A DNA stretch of 63,750 bases, filler included, from Asterionella formosa (taxonomy: Eukaryota), in assembly GCA_002256025.1 (NCBI GenBank). It is 10 parts of 10 records of this genome, joined end to end, with 100 filler letters (N's around TTAATTAATTAA, not from the genome) between each part and the next. Parts side by side here need not be neighbours in the genome. Positions count along the whole stretch, not along the records: positions 18,400 to 36,696 come from NKIB01004093.1; positions 36,797 to 55,089 come from NKIB01004097.1; 8 more parts are not named here. One strand, written 5' to 3'. A program made the position numbers and the translations under genes. The notes under the pieces were generated by a model. The model searched no databases, was not told where the DNA came from, and saw only the letters and a program-made list of their open reading frames with translations. Shown one piece after another: positions 34,845 to 46,727 of this stretch. Each line of letters begins with the position of its first letter. The first letter of the stretch is position 1.

Positions 34845-35296
34845 ACTACTAAGTCTACAGCATGTATATTATAACAACGTGTTCAAAGTAAGTGCCAAAG
34901 TTTAGCTTAAACCATGCATGGTTGTTGTTTTGAGTACCACGTACATATGTAGGCTAGATGACTAGAATATCTGTTAAGCATCATATACATGACCAGAGCA
35001 AAAACTTGCTGCCACCAACATCAGATATACCTAGTATATCATCGAAACATGGATGATGCGACTACATGAATCCCACAAGAAGACAAGCAATCCAACAACC
35101 AACTGCATCTGTTTGACAATGAATCACTACTGGCATCATCACTGAACTGATTTTGCTTCAGACTGGGCATGATGGATGATGATTGGCATGGTGAAAGGTG
35201 AAATGCTGGAGTCAGTTTTCAGACGATGAACAAAAATGAGGTGAAAACTAGACATAATTTAATCAAATCTGTAGAGTATTTAAAATGGTTTCCTTA
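34845..35296 (-). mobile_element. Dispersed repeat B, copy 2
   Basis: Reverse complement aligns with 10228-10680, e.g. caccatgccaatcat..tccatcatgcccagtc and ggtttaagctaaa. Confidence 0.7.
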
Positions 35297-35620
35297 AGTA
35301 GACCCCTTGCCAATTTTGGCAATCCCAGGGCTAGAAAAGGGAGGGGCAATTGGCATGAATTGTATTGCCAAAATGCGAACATAAGAAGTGTACAAAATTT
35401 ATTTTTAAGATGGGCAATAGCAGACCCATTGCAAATTTCGATGTGAAGATAGGAAATAAACAAAATATTTTTATATGATGTGATATAGTATTCTAAAATT
35501 GACATTTACACTCAATGAGCTCAATGAGTTGGCAGTAGGTAAGCGAATGGTGCAAGGCTGGGATGGCACTCATAGGGTGACCCTCTCGCAGTGCCTGGGG
35601 TGCCACTCATACAATCAATG

Positions 35621-35676
35621 TACTTGTGCCACCCAGCCTCGAACACATGTATACTCGCAGGCATGAGACCCACCTT
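35621..35676 (+). repeat. Dispersed repeat C, copy 2
   Basis: tacttgtgccacccagcctcgaacacatgtatactcgcaggcatgagacc matches 15582-15636. Confidence 0.75.
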
Positions 35677-36435
35677 GGGGGTGTATTGCCTTCAGTACCA
35701 CTTTACTGATTCCTCAGAGCATGCATGCATTACGATTTGAGATGTGGGAACCAAGAAATGAGAACATATGTATAGCTGATGCCATTACCTTGAACAGTTC
35801 CTAGATACCGGTAGGTTCCTACATAGTGCGCTTTTCGCATATATGTCAACATGATGTGTGGAATCGTGATTTTCTGCGGTCGATCGTGTCAAATAAATTG
35901 TTTACTTTGGCGACGACATCATCGCTGGGACACCACATGATATTTGGCACGATCGACCGGCGACAGCATCTCAAGATTCCATTCACGTTGACTACATAAC
36001 AGGTAATAATTTTTCCTTTTTACGTACGTAAATTTGTTAACAATCGCGCATATGAATTGAAAATTAGAGTGCGCCCACCTCCTGTCGTCCCATACCAAGC
36101 AAGTCATCACGAGTAAGAGGGACGACATTTCGGTTGTGGCCACGAGTTGATTCTATACAAGCGAAGCTATAAACCTAACGGTACTTCAAATCGGTTGTCC
36201 AAAGGTATCACATCATAAAAACTCTGACAACAACTCAGTGTTTCTCCTAACAACAACGCCATCGGTGCACAATAACTACACACAAGATTAACTCACTATC
36301 AAACCATAAACACACTTGTAAGTTGATCGTTTTCAGCGCATTTGTGATTTCCGTTTCTTGCGAAGTTTCTGACTCCTTCTCCTCGTTTGTTCATCAGAGA
36401 CTCTATTATTCATTCAATTGATCACACCTTTTCGA

Positions 36436-36696
36436 ATGAAGCGCTCCGGTCTCGCCATTATTCTTGTTTGCTCACTTTTTAATCCTGTGTTCGGTCGTAT
36501 TCGGGGACAATGGGGACACAAACGAGAACTCCTCGAGGATCCTCGCCGAGCCAAGATGAAAGTGGACAGTGACAAGCGTCGAGCCTTTGGAGATATGAAA
36601 GGAGGCATGATGCGTGCTCACATGATTAGCAAATCAGCGTCAACTACGAATAGCCTTTATGTACAAAACGGCGTGTTTGATGTCGAACTATCTCTC
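36436..36696 (+). CDS. 5' fragment of a secreted or membrane protein, cut by the contig end
   Basis: MKRSGLAIILVCSLFNPVFG is signal-peptide-like and the frame stays open to the linker. Confidence 0.5.
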
Positions 36697-36828
36697 NNNN
36701 NNNNNNNNNNNNNNNNNNNNNNNNNNNNNNNNNNNNNNNNTTAATTAATTAANNNNNNNNNNNNNNNNNNNNNNNNNNNNNNNNNNNNNNNNNNNNTCTT
36801 CGTCGTTCTGACGATTGCTGTGGTAGTC

Positions 36829-37779
36829 ATGACAGAAGCATTCATTCCTGAACGAAGTAATCCCGCTTGCGACCCACACCTCACGAGATGCGGTGCTTCC
36901 GCTGAGGGACGATCGAAAGCAGAGCGAATGGACTTTTCCCCGAATAGTATACTCAGATACTCGTCCATGGATGCAGCTGGTAAGTCGACTTGGTACTCGA
37001 ACGTTGCAAAGACTTACCAGGAATATCGTCCAACCTACAGCGAAGCGATTGTCACTTACATGATACAACGATGTCCCAATTTGAAACCCACTGACATGTT
37101 GCTGGAAATTGGCAGTGGGCCAGGAACAGCCACTTCCTCCTTTGCTGGGCTTGTTAAGAACATAACTTGCGTGGAACCCAATGTCGATTTCTGTGAGATT
37201 GCCGCAAAGACAGTCGGCCAAAAGTTTCCCAACGTTGAAATTCTGCACACTTCTCTGGAAAACTACACCACCGACGTTAAGTTTGACGCGATTTTGGCAG
37301 CATCATCCATTCATTGGTTAGATCCAGACATCGCTCGTGAGAAATGCGCATCACTCCTCAAGGATGGAGGGTCCCTCCTATTGCTATGGAACAATATGGT
37401 GCAACCGACTGAGTCTGTCATAGATGGATTGAAGGACATTTACATTAAGTATGCCCCACACTTGTTCGAACCATATGTGACGCCTGGAGTGACACGACTG
37501 GAATTATTGCGGGAGGTCGGCAATCGAGTTGCTTTTGGGGCATTCGAAAATCTACAGTTTGGGTACACTATTGAGAATTTGGAATTGTCAGCGTTTGAAT
37601 ATTGCCAAACTCTATTGACGTATTCGCCCTATTTTGTGCTGGAGACAAGGGATGAGCTATTTCGACAAATTACTCATTATATTGACACTCAACTTGGTGG
37701 GACCATATCCTTGACATATGAAGCAGCATTTCACACAGCCACCAAGGTTAGAATTTCTAGTAGCCCAGACGAATTATAA
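36829..37779 (+). CDS. Class I SAM-dependent methyltransferase, bacterial-like (alternative start 36928)
   Basis: Y..YRPTY motif, motif I LLEIGSGPGTAT, CVEPN, FDAILAASSIHWLDP and LLKDGGSLLLLWN. Intronless. Confidence 0.88.
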   Translation: MTEAFIPERSNPACDPHLTRCGASAEGRSKAERMDFSPNSILRYSSMDAAGKSTWYSNVAKTYQEYRPTYSEAIVTYMIQRCPNLKPTDMLLEIGSGPGTATSSFAGLVKNITCVEPNVDFCEIAAKTVGQKFPNVEILHTSLENYTTDVKFDAILAASSIHWLDPDIAREKCASLLKDGGSLLLLWNNMVQPTESVIDGLKDIYIKYAPHLFEPYVTPGVTRLELLREVGNRVAFGAFENLQFGYTIENLELSAFEYCQTLLTYSPYFVLETRDELFRQITHYIDTQLGGTISLTYEAAFHTATKVRISSSPDEL

Positions 37780-39178
37780 AGCCCAAAGCATTTTTGGAGT
37801 GAATAGTAACTTTATCAGTTTATTGATCTTGCAAATCTGACCTTGACGATGCGTCGGACAACTTTTTTCGTTGTGTTGTGGAAACTAAACCTGGGCATTT
37901 CGAAACTGAAGGAAATCTTTTATATTGACAAATTCTCACATCCTTCGTTTCAATGCAAGGATTGATGGAGGTGCCGAGCCAGCCATTATGATGCTTTTCT
38001 TGCTCGATGGCTGAGTACCGTCCTTATCATTATATCATTGGCTGGTCATTGTTACTCTATCATTTCAAGATTTTTTCGAAAATGATGGTTTGTTTCATCA
38101 AATTTCTGTATCACCAACAGGTTTTTAGGCTGGGTCACTTCTACAGCCATTGATAACTGTATATCACATCCATTGTCACCGAGAAAATAACTGTAAACAC
38201 GCCAGCATCACAGCAATAATATTGATCCAACTTTGATAGTTCACCAACCAACATTTTCGTATTTTATTCGTAGTTTTTATTTTATACACTCTGTTTCTGC
38301 CTTTCAGCACTTCCAGTCAAATGGTTGAAATTGAATTCTTGAAAATGTTTTCCCCACTGGTAGGGTAAAATAGAAATAGTCGGATATGAAGTGAAACCTC
38401 AAGCCATTCTTGTTAAGGACTTTGCCAATAGGCCAAATGTTGACTGCCATGGAACATGTACCAGGCAACAAAATTTCAAATAGTCTATACATACCATTTC
38501 TTTGATACAATGAGTTCATTTGGAACTATCATCAAATCAGGGCTGGTACAGCTGCTCCTGCAAGCATGCATAAATCACATTAGCAGGGCGAATAACTGAA
38601 GGGAATACTTTGTTTTGTCACTAGGCTTGGGTATCTGGTGGAATAAAGGTAAGCTACTATAACAAAGAGTTTGTAACTATCATGACACATCTATTTATAA
38701 TCTAGGTGAATTCCTCGCACTTTTTCAGACTCACAAGAAACAGTTAGGGAAGAGCTGTCTGTTCCTAGGTTTGTCTTATAGCATTGAAAGGAGCAAATAG
38801 TGCATTATACAACAGAGGAATTGTACAAACGCCAGTGTTGGTACTTGAAGAATTGAGCAGGGTATCCCCATAGGGTTTTTGACTACTATGACTAAAATAT
38901 TTCCCCGTGTGTACCGGTAATATGTACCGGTACTTCTACTGTACATACAGAATGCCAGTGTCCTGTTGTCAGTGAAAATTACCACATTTCGTGATGCGAT
39001 ACTTCTCCGAATACAATATATAGTACCAGCACTGCACACCGTAAAAAAGTGCTCCCAATATGTTGCAATAGCACTCATTGCGGCTGTGCAATCATGTGTA
39101 TCTATATTGTCACGCGCGTTTGTGAAATCGATTCCACTACCGGTAGTGATCGCCACCTGTTGAAACAAACCCGCCGAC

Positions 39179-39787
39179 ATGCCGCGCTTCTTTGACGACT
39201 ATTCCAACACTTATCTGACCCACGACAGTGCTGCCGGACGCAAGCAACAGCGACGTGGCTGGAAGTTCCGTGAAAATTTCAAACTCCATTACGAAGCACA
39301 TCTCCAAGAATGGCAGTCCGGTCCAATGGGACTAGCGAGTGCTCAACAGGCGTCCCTCAAGAGACCTGGAACTGTTGCGCCTCCGCTCCCTGATGGATGG
39401 GTAGAGGAGCTGGACGAAGCGACACATATCAATTATTACGTGCATGCCGAGAGCGGAAGGAGGACGTGGGTTCGACCGGCTTTTCGCCCTCCACCCACGG
39501 GCGCGGCATTCAGCAGGGGACCGCCAAACAACTATAGTCACCAAGGACCGCCTCCACCGAGCCATATGAATCACCCAGGGCCGACTCCCCCTCAGCCATA
39601 CTCACAGCCTCCGCCTCATTTTACCCAACCTGTTCCTGCCTTTCGCCAACCGCCTCCCGCCTTTCATGGACCTCCTCCACCGATTCAGCAGTTTATGGGC
39701 CCGCCCCCACCAGTTCAATTCAATGCCCCCCCACCTCCATTTACTAGTCCTCCGCCTCCTCATCAGTTTCATCCACCGCAGCGATAG
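39179..39787 (+). CDS. SNRPC: Atypical U1 snRNP protein C (U1-C) with a WW domain and Pro-rich tail
   Basis: [33 protein letters not shown] aligns without gaps to the U1-C N-terminus ([33 protein letters not shown]). WW domain [32 protein letters not shown]. Poly-Pro C-terminus as in U1-C. Confidence 0.82.
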   Translation: MPRFFDDYSNTYLTHDSAAGRKQQRRGWKFRENFKLHYEAHLQEWQSGPMGLASAQQASLKRPGTVAPPLPDGWVEELDEATHINYYVHAESGRRTWVRPAFRPPPTGAAFSRGPPNNYSHQGPPPPSHMNHPGPTPPQPYSQPPPHFTQPVPAFRQPPPAFHGPPPPIQQFMGPPPPVQFNAPPPPFTSPPPPHQFHPPQR

Positions 39788-40060
39788 AGTTAATACTTAG
39801 TTTTTCAACGAAGTATTCGAAATAGGAATCCTAGCTCATTTTCTTGATTTCGCTTATGAATAGGGAAGCATTTCAATTATTAGTTCTTTGCGCTTGACCT
39901 ACCTCCTTTTTAATGTTCAATCGTCGGAATCTTAGGTAAAATTTAACCTCACTTGTATTAAGTACTTTGAGACTACCTACCGGTACTCATTTGCTAACAT
40001 TTGCTAGGAGGAGGGTAGACCATATTGTGCAGCCAGCCCTGATGTTCTGCTCATATATAC

Positions 40061-40230
40061 TACCTGGTACCAGGTACACCAGGTACCGGTAGTTAGTACA
40101 TGTGATGAGAGACTACCGGTACCCTGGTACCTGGTACCTGTTACCTGGTACGCGTCTGTGGTGGTATGTTGCCACCAGTAATAACTGGTGCTGGGAGTGG
40201 TACTTGGTTCCAGGTACCAGAGGAGGGTCC
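40061..40230. promoter_or_regulatory. GGTACC/TACCGGTA palindrome cluster
   Basis: tacctggtaccaggtacaccaggtaccggta...taccggtaccctggtacctggtacctg, about 650-800 bp upstream of the gene at 40886. Confidence 0.4.
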
Positions 40231-40885
40231 GGTAATTGAGATATTTAGCTAAATCTTTTCCGATGTCGAAAACGTGTTTTACCAAACCTTTCAGGGCACC
40301 CGGAGGACCACCTACCGCACATACCGGTACATATCTTTATTTTTACATTCCGGTATGTCGTGACAGTGAAATTCTTTTTCTTATGTGAAACGCAGTGCTT
40401 CCGTAAATGGTTGCATGAAATATTACATACGTTGTACCGGTACAAAAATTGCGTGGTCACAAGGAAACGAGCCCAACCATCACATTTCGTGAAGGTAGAC
40501 ACGATATACCGATGTGGTGTGTACTTGAGGGAATAATAATCATGTGTTTTATGTAGAGTCTAGCAAAAACACATACGGGTATATGATAGTACTGTTGGCT
40601 TTACCTTTTTTCAATCAAATCATTCTATTTCTTCAAGCCGTCTATCTGCTCATCATTCGGTTTCGTTTTGCAATCATCATCTTTCTGTGCATGCATCATT
40701 CCAAAAATTTAAAGCAAGCCTGTGGCTCATTCCAGTTTAGGTCACAACTGCTTTTTATTTGCGTTTAGATCTTGATGTCTGACCACAGCTACCGGTACTA
40801 GCTAGACAGTGCTGTTGCTTTCAATTTTGTTAGTAACTGCTGCAAGTTCACAAGAACAAGGACAGAATTTGGCGAAAGTCACAAG

Positions 40886-42311
40886 ATGCGACACGAGGGA
40901 GCCTCGAAAAACGACACCAAAGCTGAAACGAATAGCCCTACATCGCTCTCGTCACCCAGGATGCACTGTCCTCCACATGTCCATGGCGTTGGCGTCACCA
41001 CTGTGAACGAGCCCACAGGATTTAAAAGCACTGGGTCTGATGTCAGCCGAATCGACCTGATCATGGCCGGAACAGCGAAAGGGAACAACAGCCTGAGTAC
41101 CGGGACGTCCCAGCTGAGCTCCTCACGTGGAACGGTATTCCCTCGGCCATTACTGGGGGGCAAGATTCAGGTCGAGGGCTCATCCGACCATCACGTCTTT
41201 GTGCAACGGATTCCCTGCAAGGCACGCGGCATGGGAGCCTCACATACACCACAAACGGCATACTTCGAAATCCGACTAGGAGCTATCCGGCATGGCGATG
41301 TACGTAGTTGCTTTTTTGAAGGTCTTGGCTCCTTACCCTTGTCCAAACACTCATGCCGTGCGTTCTATGTTATACTATGACTCACCGAATTTTAGACGCT
41401 CGTCTGCTCTCATCCCACTTGTTCAGGTAGCGGCAGACGATTTCGATACTGCTCTGTTTGCGAATGCCCTGTAGCTAAGAGAAATTTCGTAAGAAATGTT
41501 GTTCCTATGCTTAAACTATACGATTTGCTCCAAATTAACATTCTTTCTTCCTCTTGTCGTCGAACGATGTGTTCAGGTAAAGCGACACTCGCACGAAGGA
41601 GACCCTCCCAACGAAAAACTAGCCATGTTCCTAAAGGAATATCAGTCAAGCCAGCACTCACCTGCCAGTCAGGCAGAAGAAGATATTAGCAGTGAAGATA
41701 GCACCATTGGCGGCGATAACAATGACGAGAAGAATATTGCACTGCAACGGAAGAGACGAAGTAGCCTTAGTTTTGATGCAGCCGACACTTTGAAATCATT
41801 TCGCCGAGCCTCCGACGTTGAAGTTGCTTATCCTATGCGAGACTCCAATAGCAAATCTTCGAATCATCTGACCAATCCCACCGCTAAGCCACATTCAGTC
41901 CAACTAAGTTCGAAAGAGGTTGAGTGGTTGACCCTGCTTCACTGTCGGCCACACGTCGCCCAACCAGGCGCCATGGAACGATGGATGGAGACTATCATTT
42001 CTGTTTCAGACCCCGACTGTCACATCCGCGTGGATTCGACAACGCCGCCTTCGTGGGTGGAGAGCTATCGTGTTTCTCAGCCACAGGCAGTCGCGACTTA
42101 TGATAGGACGGGACACGCCCAGCAAGACTTGTCAAACGGTCTTGGTCAATTCAACTCATCGGCGACATTTTTTTCTACTGTTACACCGGACAGCAAAGAT
42201 CAAAAGATACCGGGCCAGGGAGGCAGAGTTTTACCAGAAAATATGGTCGGGGCTGCTCCCAATACTGACGTATCAAGTAATGCGGAGGGCTTGAACATTG
42301 CACAAGTATGA
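40886..42311 (+). CDS. Cys/His-cluster (putative zinc-finger) protein, 3 exons: 40886-41299, 41396-41488, 41577-42311
   Basis: Introns 41300-41395 (gtacgt...tttag) and 41489-41576 (gtaaga...cag) are both phase 0. Splicing restores IPCKARGM...H...AYF...HGD-TLVCSHPTCSGSGRRFRYCSVCECPVAKRNF-VKRHSH. Confidence 0.8.
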
Positions 42312-42793
42312 TGATATGGGTGTCTTTCTCATGAAGATTCTTGCGCAGTGGTTACAGATAATTTACTCGAACCGTATTACATAGCTCGAACATATCTCTT
42401 CCCAAGCTATATACATACCGGTATGTCCCTTCCTCTTGGATCTATTGCTAATATTTGTCTCCCCTTCAAGCATTGTAAGGACTACCGGTATATATCTTTG
42501 GTCATACGTTTGCATGTTGACGTATAAACTACCATATATCGAGCCATACATCATCTAAATGATTTGTTAATCATCTCACGTCATCAACACGCATTCGATT
42601 GCTTGGTGCAATCATGGGCAAATTAAGGCGTTCCTTAGTTATACCCAAATAAATATTCAGCGAGAATCTATGTCAAGTTTTGCAATAAATCGACATTTAC
42701 AGTACAATTGATTTTTCTGGTCATTTAATATTTGAATTTCAGTGCTTATAGCAAACATGATGTCTCTTTAATAGTTTCCATCTAGAGCATGAT

Positions 42794-43507
42794 CTACACA
42801 TGATCGACTTCTGCAGCAAATTTCTTTGCCTTTTGTTTGGCTCGCTTTTTGGCGTTCCGTTGCTTTCGCTTCTCAATCTCTTCTGCCGTCAACTCCTCGT
42901 TCCCCTTTTCACCTTCGTTGCAAATTTGGATTTCCTTGCTATCCTTGGTCGGCAAGGATCTTCGCTGAATGGTGCTCGTTTCAACAGGCTTCCTTTTGGC
43001 AGAAAGGAGTCTTGCTTCCTCCGCTTGGGAAAATGCTGCTTCAATGTTTCCATCAAAGAGGTTGACGAACATTTTGGAGTTATACGCTGTGGAAGCCTCA
43101 GCCCAAGCCCGTCTCTCCACATCGGTAGCCTGCAACCCACCTGTTGTCAACTCTTCTGATGCCATGAAGGATTGCACCCCTTGTAGAATGGTCGAAACAG
43201 ACCACAAGGGATTCCATGACTCGGGGTGGAAATCACTCATGCTCAGACATAATCTGGTGTTGACCGCGAACCGACCACTGGGAGTCAGCATCATGATGGA
43301 AGGCGGCTTCATTGGGTAACTGCTTGGGAACTTTATTTTTCCAATGTAGGTGCCAGCCTGAAAGGGAGTTTCGGGCGGGCCTTTGATGGCATAATGCCAC
43401 GTGAGAATGTCGCTCTCATCGGGCTCTGCAATGATTCCCGGTGGCGGGTCCTTTTTCAGATTTGTCAGTTCCTTTCTCAACCGACCGGTTGCCATTTGAG
43501 GGGCCAT
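42794..43507 (-). CDS. UBC6: Ubiquitin-conjugating enzyme E2, UBC6/UBE2J family
   Basis: YPMKPPSIMMLTPSGRF, and the catalytic Cys in RLCLSMSDFHPESWNPLWSVSTIL...SFM. Confidence 0.9.
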   Translation of the reverse strand: MAPQMATGRLRKELTNLKKDPPPGIIAEPDESDILTWHYAIKGPPETPFQAGTYIGKIKFPSSYPMKPPSIMMLTPSGRFAVNTRLCLSMSDFHPESWNPLWSVSTILQGVQSFMASEELTTGGLQATDVERRAWAEASTAYNSKMFVNLFDGNIEAAFSQAEEARLLSAKRKPVETSTIQRRSLPTKDSKEIQICNEGEKGNEELTAEEIEKRKQRNAKKRAKQKAKKFAAEVDHV

Positions 43508-43989
43508 GATTTGTGTGCCTTGATAAGGAGCGACCAGTCGATATCATACCATGCAGTTTCGATTATATGTTGTGCATCATGATGACGAGTACCGATGCGT
43601 ATATCGAGCATACTCAGGAGGAATTTGTGAATTCACGTCCTTCCCTTGAAATTTTTCAATATGTATGTATGCATGGCCTTTCTCTAATACCGTTAACTGG
43701 TGGAGTACCAGGTACCAGTACCCAGTACCAAAAGGTACCGTAGTCAAATTCAGTCTCCTTATACAGGAAACGAAAATACCTTTAATTGAAAGGTGAAAAA
43801 GTAATTTACCAAAAAAAGGTTGACCTTGTATTGGCTGGCTCTGTTGTTAGGGTTGCGAATCCGTGCTCTCGCCAATACATACAAGGAAATAAGCTCTTTT
43901 TTCAATACAAGATAATTTTCAAAATGATCCTCCAATGCAAGGTATTATGTACAATGTAATGTATGTTGGGGTTTTAATGTGGAAACCAC

Positions 43990-44215
43990 TTCCATAAACA
44001 GGAAACTTGGGAAATTTATAGTTGCTGAGATTACATTGATTGCAGGCGAAATTAAAGTCCCAGAGAAACTCCTCAAGGAGCTACAATGCGTTTTTGATAA
44101 AATGGACAAAATCGGAACAAAGAAGAAGTGACATGAATTCCATGGTTGTGTTGGTGCTATCAACGGTTTTTCCATTAGAATTCAGATACCCAGAAAAGGC
44201 GAATGTGCATCACCC
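43990..44215 (+). pseudogene. PIF/Harbinger transposase remnant
   Basis: FHGCVGAINGFSIRIQIP (within 44135-44195) matches the GCVGAIDG..I.I..P first catalytic motif of DDE_Tnp_4, here with D replaced by N. There is an in-frame stop just upstream. It lies in a 3-kb AT-rich region without long ORFs. Confidence 0.6.
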
Positions 44216-46727
44216 TTATCATAGAGAAATTATTTGCATCTATTAACTTACAGGACATTGCTGGAGGTGATTGCTGCTTCCTTGGGAATTATATGGAATT
44301 GCCTGGTAGGACACAGGATTCAACTGCATTTAACTAAACCAAGAAGCTGCTGCATGATTGGTTTTTTGAACAGTCAACAGCTGATGAAAGAGGTAGAAAA
44401 TCTTGGTTGGCAGGGATGGGCTAAAGCAGATTTGTGCCTTATTCAAGATTTTTTCACCATGGCCTGGTCAGTTTCTTATGTCAAGGGCTCCATACAAAGA
44501 TTCATTCAATTAATTGTTTCTGGGGGGCTGGGGGAGGAAGAAATATAATTGAACGGGTTTCTTAGGGTATGCAAGTTCTTGGAGTTTATTGTGGAGGCCA
44601 CTCATGATCAAGCTTGACATGACACCTATAATCATGCATTGCATTTGTAGTCTCCAAAATTTTCTAATTAAAGCAGATGACATGGTCAATATTCCTATTA
44701 TTGGTCCTTTAATGTGATTTTTTGGTAGTGGAACTAGCCAAAGTTGAGTGGCAAGATTGAGAAACACACGGAATATTGGCAGATATTATGATAGAATTCG
44801 CCTTCAGAATGAAGTATATTTGGAGGAGCCTATAAATATACCCATTCCAGAAGCTATGATGGGATAGCAATGATTGCCTGCCTTGTTAGGAAAGAAATCT
44901 CTGATGCCCTTTAAGCTACCCAAGTGCGTGTTTCGTCCTCAGCAATCTTTAGGGCACTTGTAAATTGCTGAAGAATAATTGATTATAAATTATTCACAGC
45001 TTGAATGATTTTAAATTCGGTACCTTCTATGATCTATTATATTGTTCTTAAATGCTGCTTAGTTTCTTAATTAAAACCATGAAAACCTTTTTTGTTGTTG
45101 TCACTAATTGACTCAGGAATATTCTCCTCAATAGATCTCAAATAATCTTGATTTGACTGCTCCAGTTTCTTATTCAATTCATCGCTCATATTAGTGATTA
45201 AACTGTTCATTATCAAAATCGTTCTTATTTCGAAATCATGATCAGTTTCATTTTTTTCTTCAGCATGAAATCCAATTGTTTCAACAACACCAACAACCAT
45301 GCCCCTGGCCTGTTTCTTTCTTTTCCTTTGTTTTGTTTTCTTCAGGGCAATCCTTAGCGATGTGTCCAGCGTACTTGTTGTAATTAAAACATTTGATACC
45401 TTACGCCTTTAGTTTCTTTGTTTGCATCTGCTGTATTATTCTTAATTTGGCAGTCGGCTGCCTTGTGTCTCTGTTTTCAAAAATTCTTGCATAGCCCCTT
45501 GAAATTGCCATATGAAAACAAAGCAATCTTGTTGGTATTTGCCTCCTTGAACTTCCTTTTGTAGAATGATAGAAGCTTAAATTTCATATCTGACAAAGTA
45601 ATAGTTCCGATTGCTACAATCATTTGCGGGATGACTTCGACCTCTTTCTTTTTCAAATGATGTATTGACCTGACTAATCCTCCTGTTCATGATATTATCG
45701 AGAGCAATGAACCTTTCATCTGGGTCCGCTTTAGTACCACTCTCCACAGTACAATCGTTGAATTCTTCTGTTTGCTAAATAAAATCAGTAACTTGATGAG
45801 GAGCATAGCGATCCTCCAAATAACGCACGCCAGGCAAAAAAAGCATCTCCATCCATCAAATTATCTGTATTGGCTGTGTTCACATTCACAAATTAAATCC
45901 CACTGGCACTGGTAAGCACCCCAAGGCGATGCATATTTAAATCCGCACAATCAAATCAGACCACTCTAACAACAAGTACAGTGTATGCAATGAGCTACAA
46001 ACAAATGAAATAATCTAACCGAAAAAACAAGAAACTCAAGGAGCTTGTTGAGAATGGCTGTAATCAAATAAGATGCAGTATTCAATCAATAAGAGTCATG
46101 ATGGTCATGTCATCACATTTAATTTTGATCCAAAATATCATAAATCTGCACAATAATATCAGAGTCTGCCATAAATACCACAAAAGGCAAGGCAAACACA
46201 TGGGAGACCAATAAATGCCTCATTAAAAGATCAAACCAAGTCATATGCCTTCTCCTCAGTCATCAAGACATGGGGACAAATTGTCCCACAGTGTATCTAT
46301 GTGGAAGTCAATTAATTTATAATTTAAATGCCTTTCATGAAAGCCACATTTGAAAAGCCAAAATGTTTCTTTATCAATCCATTCGCACAAGCTTGGAGGG
46401 AGAGGTGAATTGATTTTAAAGTCTCTACATCTCTATGTCGAATAAACATGTTCTTTCTTATAAAACCGAAATGGTTCTCGAATGAATTGCCAATCTCACT
46501 TTATAAAATATAGACTCAACAGTTGTTCATCCAGTCATTGTAGTTCAATATCCTGACTTTTGATATTCTCGTAACCAATTTATTTTCACATTGGTTTACC
46601 GGTAGTTGATTTCCTTTATGTAGTAGATTTACTGAAATGCGTTCCTAGAGTTAAGACAGTATGTACCAGTGTACAGAGAGATTCAAGCAATGCAGATATG
46701 CCATAATATTGGAGACTATATAAGTTT

